From an uncultured Gammaproteobacteria bacterium (GTDB lineage: Bacteria; Pseudomonadota; Gammaproteobacteria; Steroidobacterales; Rariloculaceae): a DNA stretch of 64,000 bases. The stretch lies in assembly GCA_963699925.1 (NCBI GenBank), contig CAVOVT010000013.1, positions 25,187 to 89,186 of the forward strand, given 5' to 3'. Shown in pieces: positions 9,200 to 17,656 of this stretch. The position numbers and the translations under genes were made by a program. The notes beneath the pieces are model-generated. The model did not search any database and was not told the origin of the DNA. It saw nothing but the letters and a program-made list of their open reading frames with translations. The stretch's first letter is position 1, and the number at the start of each line of letters is the position of its first letter.

Positions 9200-10606
9200 A
9201 TGAATGTATTGATGCCGCAGCTCGGTGAGACAGTCGCCGAGGGCACCGTCGCGAACTGGCACAAGAACGTCGGCGACAAGGTCGCCGTCGACGAGATCCT
9301 GTTCGACGTCGAAACCGACAAGGTCTCGATGGAAGTGCCGTCGCTCGCCGCGGGCGTGATCACGAAGATCCTCGTGCCCGCCGGCGCTACGGTCGAGGTC
9401 GGCACCGTCCTCGCGGTGATCGAAAGCGGCGCGGCCGCGAGCGCAGAGGCGCCCGCCCAGGTCGCGGCACCCGCGCCGGCCCCCGCTCGTCCGTCTGCGC
9501 CGGAGACGCCGGCCGCCCCGACGGCCGAGGCTCCGCCGCCGAGCTGGTACGCCGCGATGCCGCCGTCGATGAGCGGTGCCGCGGAGCAATACACGCCGCG
9601 CGCGGCGAGCGGCTCGTCCGCGCGTCCTGCCGCGAGCGCGCAGGCGGCACCACGCGGCGAGCTGCGCCTGTCGCCGGCCGTGCGCCGGCTCGCCGCCGAA
9701 TATCGGCTCGATCTCGCGGAGGTCAGCGGCTCGGGCCGCAACGGCCGAATCACACGTCGCAACGTCGTCGACTTCATCGAGGCAATGAAATCGCGCCCAG
9801 CACCGGCCGCCGCGGCGGCGCCCGCTCGGCGCGCACCGGCTCCGGCGCCGGCCGCGCGCGCGCCGTCGGCCGCTGCTTCGCGCGCACCCGCGGCTCCGGC
9901 CGGCGGATCGCTGCCGTTCACACGGATCCGCAAGCTCACGGCCGAGCACATGGTTCGCTCGAAGGCGACGAGCCCGCACGTGCTGCAAGCCGTCGAAGTC
10001 GACTTCTTCCGCGTCGATCAGGTTCGGAAGTCGGTGCGCGACGCGTTCAAGGCGAGGCACGGCCATTCACTCACGTACTTGCCGTTCATCGCGCACGCGG
10101 TATGCGAAGCGCTGCACGACTTCCCGAACTTGAACTCGAGCGTGCAAGGCGACGGGCTCGTGCTGCACGAGCACGTCAATCTTGCGATTGCGGTCGATCT
10201 CGGCGCAGAGGGTTTGGTCGCGCCCGTGATCAGGCAGGCCGAGAAGCTATCCGTCGCGCAGCTCGCGGCCGCGATCAACGACGTGTCGACGCGCGCGCGC
10301 AATGGCCGGCTCAAACCGGACGACTTCGCGAACGGCACGTACACGCTGTCGAACTCGGGCACGTTCGGCACGCTGATCACCGCGCCGATCATCAACCAAC
10401 CGCAGGTCGCGATCCTCTCGACCGACGGCGTACGCAAGAAGCCCGCGGTCATCGAGACGTCGGAAGGCGACGCGATCGCGATCCGGCCCATCGGCATCCT
10501 CGCGCAGTCGTTCGACCATCGCGCCGTCGACGGCGCGTACTCGGCCGCGTTCCTCGACCGCGTGCGCAGGCTCCTCGAGAACGGCCACTGGCTCGTCGAG
10601 ACGTGA
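9200..10606 (+). CDS. dihydrolipoamide acyltransferase (E2 component)
   Basis: ORF 9176..10606. It has a lipoyl domain (VETDKVSMEVPS), Ala/Pro linkers, an E3-binding domain (LSPAVRRLAAEYRLDL...GRITRRNV) and the catalytic DHRAVDG. ATG 9200 is preferred over TTG 9176. Confidence 0.9.
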   Translation: MNVLMPQLGETVAEGTVANWHKNVGDKVAVDEILFDVETDKVSMEVPSLAAGVITKILVPAGATVEVGTVLAVIESGAAASAEAPAQVAAPAPAPARPSAPETPAAPTAEAPPPSWYAAMPPSMSGAAEQYTPRAASGSSARPAASAQAAPRGELRLSPAVRRLAAEYRLDLAEVSGSGRNGRITRRNVVDFIEAMKSRPAPAAAAAPARRAPAPAPAARAPSAAASRAPAAPAGGSLPFTRIRKLTAEHMVRSKATSPHVLQAVEVDFFRVDQVRKSVRDAFKARHGHSLTYLPFIAHAVCEALHDFPNLNSSVQGDGLVLHEHVNLAIAVDLGAEGLVAPVIRQAEKLSVAQLAAAINDVSTRARNGRLKPDDFANGTYTLSNSGTFGTLITAPIINQPQVAILSTDGVRKKPAVIETSEGDAIAIRPIGILAQSFDHRAVDGAYSAAFLDRVRRLLENGHWLVET

Positions 10607-11580
10607 GCGCCGCGGCCCGTTCGCGCAACCCTCCGACGAGCGCGAAACATTCGCTCGGGTGGATCGGCGCCGGCGGCCGGATGGGCTTCGCGATGGCGAA
10701 GCGCCTGCTCGCCGCGGGGCACCACGTCGCCGTTTACAACCGCACGCGCAGCAAGGTCGAGCCGCTCGCCGAATTGGGCGCTCGCGTCGTCGACTCGGTG
10801 CGGGAGCTGCGCGGCTGCGACATCGTGTTCACGACGGTGTCCGCGTCCGACGACCTGATCGAGATCTGCCTCGGCCGCGACGGCCTGCTCAGCAAAGACG
10901 GCAGCCCGAAGCTCGTCATCGACTGCTCGAGCGTTTCCGAGGAAGCATCCTTGAAAGTCCGTGCCGAGGCCGAGAAGCTCGGCACGCAGATGCTCGCGGC
11001 GCCCGTGAGTGGCAATGCGAAGGTCGTCGCCGCCGGCAAGCTCACGATCGTCGCGTCGGGGCCGCGCAAGGCGTTCGACGTCGCGCAGCCCTATCTCGCG
11101 GCGCTCGGCCAAGGCGTCACCTACGTCGGCGAGGGCGAGCTCGCGAGGATGGTGAAGATCTGCCACAACCTGCTGCTCGGCGTGATCTCCCAGTCGCTCG
11201 CCGAGATCACGGTGCTCGCCGAGAAGGGCGGCGTCCCGCGGCATGCGTTCCTCGAGTTCATCAACAATAGCGTCGTCGGCTCGATGTTCTCGCGCTACAA
11301 GACGCCCGCGTTCGTGAATCTCGATTGGACCCCGACTTTCACTCCGGTCTTGCTGCGCAAGGATCTCGACCTCGGCCTCAAGGCCGCAAAAGCGCTCGGC
11401 GTGCCGCTGCCCGTCACGCAGCTCACGCGCGACATCGTCGAGGAGGCCATCGAGGCCGGGCACACCGACTGTGACTTCGCGATCCTGCTCGAGCAGCAGG
11501 CGCAGAAGTCGAAGCTCGAGCTGAAATCAGAGAACGTCGTGGTCGACGACGGGCTCAAGAAGAAGCCCGCGGGCGGCTGA
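10603..11580 (+). CDS. NAD(P)-dependent beta-hydroxyacid dehydrogenase (3-hydroxyisobutyrate dehydrogenase family)
   Basis: This is the C-terminal 325 codons of ORF 10102..11580. GTG 10603 overlaps the E2 stop (GTGA). The Rossmann motif is LGWIGAGGRMGFAMAKRLL, and the C-terminal helical domain is typical of the family. Confidence 0.8.
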   Translation: MSAAARSRNPPTSAKHSLGWIGAGGRMGFAMAKRLLAAGHHVAVYNRTRSKVEPLAELGARVVDSVRELRGCDIVFTTVSASDDLIEICLGRDGLLSKDGSPKLVIDCSSVSEEASLKVRAEAEKLGTQMLAAPVSGNAKVVAAGKLTIVASGPRKAFDVAQPYLAALGQGVTYVGEGELARMVKICHNLLLGVISQSLAEITVLAEKGGVPRHAFLEFINNSVVGSMFSRYKTPAFVNLDWTPTFTPVLLRKDLDLGLKAAKALGVPLPVTQLTRDIVEEAIEAGHTDCDFAILLEQQAQKSKLELKSENVVVDDGLKKKPAGG

Positions 11581-11582
11581 CG

Positions 11583-12404
11583 ATGCCCCGCCGGATTGCG
11601 GAGGCCGAGCTCGAGCCGCAACCGGTCTTCGCCCACTACGCGCCGGGGGGCCCGTTGTCGGAATTCGTCGCGCTGTTCTGGCATTGGCGCGGATACACCG
11701 CGCCGCGCTCCAGGGAACGGCTGCTGCCGATGGCGACCATGGAGCTCGTCGTCCGGCTCGGCGGAGGCAAGCCCGGCGGCGGCGTGTCGGGTCCGCATTC
11801 GGAAGTCTTCTTCGTCGAGCGCACCGCCGACGACGAGCTCGTCGGAGTCCACTTCAAGCCCGGCGGCGCCCCACCCTTCCTCGGCCTGCCGGCCGGCGAC
11901 CTCCACAACCGCTCGGCGACGCTCGGCGATCTCTGGGGGGAGCACGACGCCGCGCGAATCGTCGCGCGCCTCCACGAAGCGCCGACTTCGCGCGCGAAGT
12001 TCGCGGTGCTCGAGCGCACGCTGCTCGAGGTCGCGTTCCGACCGCTCGCGCGCCATCCGGCCGCGACTTTCGCGCTCGCCGCGCTGCGTCGCGACTCTTC
12101 GGTTCGCTCGTCGGCAGAGGTCGCGCGCGAGCTCGAGATGAGCCAACGGCGCTTCATCCAGATTTTCCGCAACGAGATCGGCCTCACGCCGAAGCTCTAC
12201 AGCCGCATCGAACGTCTTCAGGCGGTGCTGCAGCGGGTCGAGCTGCTCGACGACGTCGACTGGGCGGATGTCGCGAGCTCGTGCGGCTACTTCGACCAGC
12301 CGCATTTCATCCACGACTTTCGCGAGTTCACCGGCTTGCGGCCGAGCGACTACCTCGATCTGCGAATAGCAGGCCAGCGCAATCACGTGCGCGTGCCGAA
12401 CTAG
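11583..12404 (+). CDS. AraC-family transcriptional regulator
   Basis: ORF 11583..12404. The C-terminal double HTH reads SQRRFIQIFRNEIGLTPKLYSRIERLQ ... SCGYFDQPHFIHDFREFTGLRPSDY. Confidence 0.85.
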   Translation: MPRRIAEAELEPQPVFAHYAPGGPLSEFVALFWHWRGYTAPRSRERLLPMATMELVVRLGGGKPGGGVSGPHSEVFFVERTADDELVGVHFKPGGAPPFLGLPAGDLHNRSATLGDLWGEHDAARIVARLHEAPTSRAKFAVLERTLLEVAFRPLARHPAATFALAALRRDSSVRSSAEVARELEMSQRRFIQIFRNEIGLTPKLYSRIERLQAVLQRVELLDDVDWADVASSCGYFDQPHFIHDFREFTGLRPSDYLDLRIAGQRNHVRVPN

Positions 12405-12476
12405 TCAATTTTTTACAAGACCGCGCCGCGGCGGCCGCGCTAACGTGCGCGCAAGTACCCCTCGAGGAGACCGACG

Positions 12477-12926
12477 ATGGCAATCGATCCGATTCCCCAA
12501 GGCCCGCGCATCACGCCCTACCTGCTCTACGAGGACGTCGGCAAGGCGCTCGACTGGCTCGCGAAGGCCTTCGGGCTCGAGGAATTCGGCGACCGATTCA
12601 CGGCGCCGGACGGCAAGGTCAGCCACGCCTCGATGAAGCTCGGCAACGGGCAAATCATGCTCGGCTGCCCGGGTCCGACGTACAAGAACCCGAAACGCCT
12701 CGGCCACGCGACTCAGCACCTCTACGTGTTCACCGAGGACGTGGACGCGTTGTTCGCACGCGCGCTCGGGCTGGGCGCAGCCGTAATCGAGGAGCCGACG
12801 GACACGTTCTACGGCGACCGCCGCTGCGCCGTCGCGGACCCGGAAGGGCACCAATGGTTCTTCGCGCAGCACGTGCGCGACGTGTCGGCCGAGGAGCTGC
12901 GGCACGCGGGCGCGGACGCTCAGTGA
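12477..12926 (+). CDS. VOC/glyoxalase-fold protein (PhnB-like)
   Basis: ORF 12477..12926. ITPYLLYEDVGKALDWLAKAFG ... HASMKLGNGQIMLG ... FYGDRRCAVADPEGHQWFF is typical of the glyoxalase/bleomycin-resistance fold. Confidence 0.8.
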   Translation: MAIDPIPQGPRITPYLLYEDVGKALDWLAKAFGLEEFGDRFTAPDGKVSHASMKLGNGQIMLGCPGPTYKNPKRLGHATQHLYVFTEDVDALFARALGLGAAVIEEPTDTFYGDRRCAVADPEGHQWFFAQHVRDVSAEELRHAGADAQ

Positions 12927-12936
12927 CGCGGGCGGG

Positions 12937-13413
12937 TCAGAGCTTCTTCAAGAAGCAAACGATTCGGTCCGTGACCTCGAAGCCGAGCGCTCGATGTGCC
13001 GCGACGCTCGCGGCATTGTCGATCTGCGCATCGCTCGCGAGCTGCTCGTAGCCCTCCGCACGAGCCCAGCGCTCGGCGGCCGCAACCAGCCGCGCGCCAA
13101 TCCGCCGGCGCCGGAACTCGGCCTCGACGTACCAACCCTCGACGTGGGGCACCGCGCGGCCGTCGCTGCCCTCGGCATAGTTGCGCACGCGCAGCTCGAT
13201 GAAGCCGATCACGCCCGCGCCGTGCGCGTCCGCGACCAACACCGCCTCCAGCGTCTCGGAGCGGCCGGCGAGGAACGCGTCGATGTCGCGCTCGTGCGCG
13301 TGCTCGCCGCGCTCGGCGGGCCAGAGCGCATGACGCATCCTGACCCAGGGCGCCCGGTCCGCCGGCTCGGCACGCCGTATGCGAACCTCTCCGCGCGGAG
13401 TCTCGCGCGTCAA
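12937..13413 (-). CDS. GNAT N-acetyltransferase resembling aminoglycoside 6'-N-acetyltransferase AAC(6')-I
   Basis: ORF 12937..13413. IRRAEPADRAPWVRMRHALWP, GFIELRVRNYAEG and the acetyl-CoA motif RRRRIGARLVAAAERWARAEG resemble AAC(6')-I. The C-terminus reads NAASVAAHRALGFEV. Confidence 0.7.
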   Translation of the reverse strand: MTRETPRGEVRIRRAEPADRAPWVRMRHALWPAERGEHAHERDIDAFLAGRSETLEAVLVADAHGAGVIGFIELRVRNYAEGSDGRAVPHVEGWYVEAEFRRRRIGARLVAAAERWARAEGYEQLASDAQIDNAASVAAHRALGFEVTDRIVCFLKKL

Positions 13414-14313
13414 CGAGCGCCCGGCGCGTTTCCCTCTACCGCCGCCGCCGGCGCGCCCGGGGGCCGTTCTGCAACGGCCGCCGGATCGTCGCGCTTGAAC
13501 GCGAGCATGCCGCCGTCGCCGTAGTCGAGGAGCAGACGATCACCGCGGAGCTCGTAGCTCGAGACGCCGCCGAGCGCGCGCAGGAACTCGGAGCCGAGAG
13601 ATTCTCCGGGACACGCCATCAGCGTCGCGGCCATCGGCAGAACCTTGATCTTGCCCGGACCCGCCTGCTCGTAGCCGCCGGAGTAGCGGTTGCAGTGCGC
13701 GAGCCCCGAGAGCCTCCCGTCTGCGAACGCGACCGTGTAGCTCGGCTCCGCCGCGACGGGCTCTTCCGCGGCGGCCGGTCGCTGGATCGCCACGAGCCGC
13801 CAGGTCCCGCCAGGCGGGCCGGGGCCTTTGCCGCCGGCGGCATCGTCCGCAGCCGGACCGCCGGGTTCCGCTTGCGGTGGAGGCACTCCGGCGCGTTGCA
13901 CCTCGATCTCGATGTTGCGCTGCGTGCCGCCGTCGGTGAACACCGCCTTGCGCTCCGCGCTCGTGAACAGCAGCTCGCCGTCGGCCGACACGATCGACGC
14001 GCGCACGGCATAGCGATGCGTGGGCTCGATGCTCTTGAGGCGGATAGCGAAGCTCGAACGCGATCGGAACTTGCTTGCCGTCGGTTGCGACCGTCTGCGA
14101 CGCGACTTCCTCGGCCGGGGCGCCGACCTCCGTGACGTCCTCGAGCCGGATCTCGACGCGCCCACCCGGTGGCAGAGCCATTCGCTCGCGGTACGTCACG
14201 GTGCCCGTGAGGCGCGCCTCCGTCGGCTCCGCCGGCGCGCCTCCGCCGCCGCAGCCACCGAGCGCGAGCAACGTGGCGAGTGCGAACGCAGCCGCGAGCG
14301 TTCGGCCGTTCAC
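13410..14313 (-). pseudogene. lipoprotein with YbaY-like N-domain and META (HslJ-like) C-domain, one frame break
   Basis: GTG 14313 starts VNGRTLAAAFALATLLALGGC, which carries a lipobox. The N-terminal part is in the frame of ORF 13540..14952. The C-terminal part (SIEPTHRYAVRASIV ... GLAHCNRYSGGYE ... MACPG) is in ORF 13410..14165. The frames switch near 14036-14047. Confidence 0.65.
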
Positions 14314-14952
14314 GGCAGAGGCGGCAGGCCGTAGTGCTTGCGGATCGCGGGCCTGGCCGCGTCGACGTTGGCGACGATCAAGTCCTCGCAGCCGCGCGAT
14401 GCCCTCGGCGCGATCCTTGACCGGCTCGTCCAACCACACGGCACCCGACGACACGAGCTCCGGCTTGCCGGTATCGATCATGTAGATCGCGAGGTGCACG
14501 ACCGCGATGAGATCGTTGGCGCCCGAGGGGCTCACTTCCCTCGCGAACGCCCGCATATCCGCGAGCGTGACCGGAGTCACTTCCTTCTTCACGGCATCGA
14601 GCGACGACCCGGGGCCGACAGCCGCCGGGCGTACCATCAGCACGGCCTGCACGCCTTTCGCCGTCAGCGTCTTGATGAAGTTCCGGTCGCGTACGTCGGT
14701 GACTTTCGGCACGAGCTCGTAGCTCGTCATCGCGTCGTAGCGATGGGCGCGCGATTTCTCGACCAAACCGCTCTCGATCTCCTGCCGCACCATCGTGTTG
14801 CCGGTCAGCGCGACGATCGCGGCCTTGAAGGTGACGAACTGCGGCGATCCCTCCTGGGCCGCGCGCTGCGACGCCGAGGGCTGCTGCGCGGACGCCGCGG
14901 CCGCGACAGCAAGCGCCGCGCACACGGCGAGCGTAGCGATTCTGGTTTTCAT
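14310..14952 (-). pseudogene. secreted hypothetical protein, one frame break near the C-terminus
   Basis: The signal peptide is MKTRIATLAVCAALAVAAAASAQQ (ORF 13540..14952). After ...VKDRAEG the sensible reading (ASRGCEDLIVANVDAARPAIRKHYGLPPLP-stop) lies in another frame and ends at TGA 14310..14312, overlapping the next start. The break is near 14385-14405. Confidence 0.5.
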
Positions 14953-15025
14953 CCCGGACCTCGATTGAACGGATGCTTACTTATACACCGCCGGCCCGCC
15001 CGCGATCACGCCCCGCACGCCGTGC

Positions 15026-15478
15026 TCAGCGCCGCAGCGCGAGGAACACGCCGACGATCATCAGCGCCGCGCCCGCGATCCGCGTCGGCGTCAACGAGAA
15101 CACGAGCGAGCGCATGAGACCGAAGTGATCGATCGTGAGCGCCGACAGCACTTGGCCCGCAACGACCAACGCGATCGCGGTGCCGACGCCGAGTCGCGGG
15201 CTCAGGAACGTGATCGTGAATACGTAGAACGCGACGATGACGCCGCCGCTGTAGCTCCACCAAGGCGCCGCGCGCAGCTCCGCGGCGGCCGGCAGTCCTT
15301 GGCCGAGCGCGAGCATCGCGAGCCCCGTGGCGAGCGTCGCGATCGCGAATAGCACCAGCGCGGCGAACGGCACGTTGCCGTGAATCACTCGGCTCAGCGC
15401 CGCGTTCGACGCGGCCTGCACCGGAATCAGCGCGCCGCTCGCGATAGCCATCATCCAGAGCAAGACCGTGCTTCTCAT
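15026..15478 (-). CDS. DMT-superfamily small membrane transporter (YdcZ/DUF606-like)
   Basis: This is the C-terminal 150 codons of ORF 15026..15874, starting at ATG 15478 (MRSTVLLWMMAIASGALIPVQAA...). It has five hydrophobic helices. Confidence 0.75.
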   Translation of the reverse strand: MRSTVLLWMMAIASGALIPVQAASNAALSRVIHGNVPFAALVLFAIATLATGLAMLALGQGLPAAAELRAAPWWSYSGGVIVAFYVFTITFLSPRLGVGTAIALVVAGQVLSALTIDHFGLMRSLVFSLTPTRIAGAALMIVGVFLALRR

Positions 15479-15507
15479 CGATTTTACCTGCGCGCGACGC
15501 AACGGGA

Positions 15508-15804
15508 TCAAACGTCGAGCCTGCGGCCCTTCGTTTCGCGAATCCAGATCGAGCCCACGACGACCGTCACGACGCAGACCGCGATCGGGAACAGCAGCCC
15601 CGCGTAGATCGCGCCGTCGCCGAAGCGCTGGCGCGCCCACGCGGACGCGAGCTCGTCGGCGTGCTTGGATTTCATCTCCGCCTTCTCGCCGGGATCGACC
15701 GCGAGATCGAACAAGCTCGCGCCGCCCGGGCCGAGTGTCGAGAGCGCCGCTCCCGACGCGAGCGCCGCGGCGACGAAGTCTCTGCGAGTGAGCGCGTCGC
15801 GCAT
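15508..15804 (-). CDS. 98-codon ORF that looks like a mosaic of gene remnants (Tat-type signal, sulfatase-like LFDLAVDPGEK, MFS-like C-terminal helix)
   Basis: The ORF is ATG 15804 to stop 15508, inside ORF 15508..15933. It reads MRDALTRRDFVAAALASGAALS, then LFDLAVDPGEKAEM, then YAGLLFPIAVCVVTVVVGSIWIRETKGRRLDV. It may not be expressed. Confidence 0.25.
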   Translation of the reverse strand: MRDALTRRDFVAAALASGAALSTLGPGGASLFDLAVDPGEKAEMKSKHADELASAWARQRFGDGAIYAGLLFPIAVCVVTVVVGSIWIRETKGRRLDV

Positions 15805-15812
15805 CGAGCTCG

Positions 15813-16433
15813 TTACACCGTGCGCGCGATCGCGAGCCGGGCGCCCGCCGCGACCAGCAGACCGCCCGCGACACGCGTGAGCCACGGCGTCCAACCGAGA
15901 CCCGCGTACACGCCCGCGCGCGTCACAACCCAAACGTAGGCCGCCTGCACGGCGTACTCGATCACGACCGACGTGACCGCGAGGATCGCGACTTGTTGCG
16001 GCACCGACGCATGCGCGTCGATGAACTGCGGCAGCAGCGCGACGAAGAACGCCAGTGCCTTCGGGTTCGCGGCCTGCACGGCGAAGCCGCGTACGAGCGC
16101 CGACAGCGCGGCGCCGGTCTTAGGTTGCTCGGTCGGCTGCGCGGGCGCGACGTGCGCAACGAGCATCCGCAGACCGAGCCAGACGAGATACGCGGCGCCG
16201 AGCCACTTCAGGGCGGTGAACAGGCGGTTCGACGCGAGGATCAAGGCCGCGACGCCGAGCGCCGAGAGCAGAAAGTAGAACGTGTTGCACGCGACGATCC
16301 CGAGCGCACCGCTTAAAGCCGCGCGTGCGCCGCGCGCGAGCGCAGTCGACACCACGAACAGGACGGCGGGGCCCGGCGTGAGGCACAGCACCGTCTCGAG
16401 CACGACGAAGGCAACCCAGACCTGGAGCGTCAC
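15813..16433 (-). CDS. LysE/RhtB-family amino-acid exporter
   Basis: ORF 15813..16565; I place the start at GTG 16433 (VTLQVWVAFVVLETVLCLTPGPAVLFV). Later motifs are ANPKALAFFVALLPQF. Confidence 0.85.
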   Translation of the reverse strand: MTLQVWVAFVVLETVLCLTPGPAVLFVVSTALARGARAALSGALGIVACNTFYFLLSALGVAALILASNRLFTALKWLGAAYLVWLGLRMLVAHVAPAQPTEQPKTGAALSALVRGFAVQAANPKALAFFVALLPQFIDAHASVPQQVAILAVTSVVIEYAVQAAYVWVVTRAGVYAGLGWTPWLTRVAGGLLVAAGARLAIARTV

Positions 16434-16455
16434 GGCGGCGCGCGTCTCGACGGGC

Positions 16456-16803
16456 TCAAACGCTGCGGCCGTCGAACGGCACGCGGCGCAGCTCCGCGAC
16501 GTCGACGCCCTCGAGACAGCGCACGTTGATCGCGGCGGTCTCGAGACCGTTCGGCGCGACGCCAAGCCCGAACGGCGAGCAGCCGCACTCAGGACAGAAG
16601 TGATGCCTGATCACGTGCTTGTTGAACGTGTAGATCGCGAGCCGCGTTTCGGGAGTCGTGAGCCGCAGTTGGCTGCGGGGAACGAACCACAGGAGATAGC
16701 CCTTGCGGTTGCAATACGAGCAGTTGCACTCGACGACCTGCCCGATCTCGCCTTCGACCTCGTACACGTTCTCGCCGCAATGACAGCTGCCTCGGTAGAG
16801 CAT
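16456..16803 (-). CDS. GFA-family (glutathione-dependent formaldehyde-activating / CENP-V-like) zinc protein
   Basis: ATG 16803 (MLYRGSCHCGENVYEV...CNCSYCNRKGY...HHFCPECGCSPF), inside ORF 16456..17361. The Cys pattern is characteristic of the family. Confidence 0.85.
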   Translation of the reverse strand: MLYRGSCHCGENVYEVEGEIGQVVECNCSYCNRKGYLLWFVPRSQLRLTTPETRLAIYTFNKHVIRHHFCPECGCSPFGLGVAPNGLETAAINVRCLEGVDVAELRRVPFDGRSV

Positions 16804-16935
16804 CGCACCCCCTTCTTCTTTGTTCTCCGCGGGCCCTAGGGACGAGCACGTCGTTCCCGCTAGTGTGCCTGAGCGGTCGGCGCGGCGCAGCCTTACCGTT
16901 CCCTGCACTATTCCATTCGGTGCTAACATCCGCCG

Positions 16936-17601
16936 ATGCTCGCGACACCACCTCACGGTCGGCAGCGGGCGCTCAGTCGGGGGGCGTTGCGGGTGGGCTT
17001 GAGTCTCGCGGCCAAGGCATCGTTCGGTCTCGGGGCTCTGTGCGCGGCGCTGTTCGTGCTCGCGCAGACCGATCGAAGCGTCGCGAGCGCCTCGGCCCTC
17101 GACGCGTTTCGCGCGGTGCAACGAGCCGCGCTCGCGGACACACCCGATCAGAGCGCGTGGTCGGCGCAACGCAAGATCGATTACCGCGAGTCGCTCGCGG
17201 AGACGTTCGGCGCTCCGCCCGGCGTGCTCGAGATTGCCTCGCTGAAGCTCTCGGTGCCGATCTTCGCCGGCACGAGCGAGCTCGTGTTGAACCGCGGCGT
17301 CGGCTGGATCGAAGGCACGGCGATGCCCGGAGAGGACGGCAACGTCGGCCTCGCGGGCCACCGCGACGGCTATTTTCGCAGACTCAAAGACCTCAAGCTC
17401 GGCGACGCGATCGAAGTCCAGTCCGCAGGCCGCACGATGCGTTACCGCGTGAGCTCGCTCGAGATCGTCGAGCCGACGGAGGTGTCAGTGCTTGATCCGA
17501 CCGACGTGCCGTCGATCACGCTCGTGACTTGCTACCCGTTCTACTACGTCGGTAGCGCGCCCCAACGTTACATCGTGAGGGGCACGCTCGATCCGACCTG
17601 A
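16936..17601 (+). CDS. membrane-anchored sortase (Gram-negative type)
   Basis: ORF 16936..17601. It has an N-terminal TM helix (FGLGALCAALFVLAQ) and the catalytic triad contexts VGLAGHRDG, SITLVTCYPFYY and QRYIVRG. Confidence 0.85.
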   Translation: MLATPPHGRQRALSRGALRVGLSLAAKASFGLGALCAALFVLAQTDRSVASASALDAFRAVQRAALADTPDQSAWSAQRKIDYRESLAETFGAPPGVLEIASLKLSVPIFAGTSELVLNRGVGWIEGTAMPGEDGNVGLAGHRDGYFRRLKDLKLGDAIEVQSAGRTMRYRVSSLEIVEPTEVSVLDPTDVPSITLVTCYPFYYVGSAPQRYIVRGTLDPT

Positions 17602-17656
17602 CCTTGAACGTCTCGTTCCCTGGGTTCTCTCGATACAACACCAACGGAGAAAGACA

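Noticed and set aside
9420-9900. Ala/Pro-rich repetitive DNA that might be taken for a tandem repeat
   Set aside because: It encodes the flexible linkers flanking the E3-binding domain of the E2 acyltransferase, a normal feature of that family.
8411-10066. 551-codon ORF on the minus strand
   Set aside because: It is antisense to E1-beta and E2, has an Arg-rich nonsense composition and no start context.
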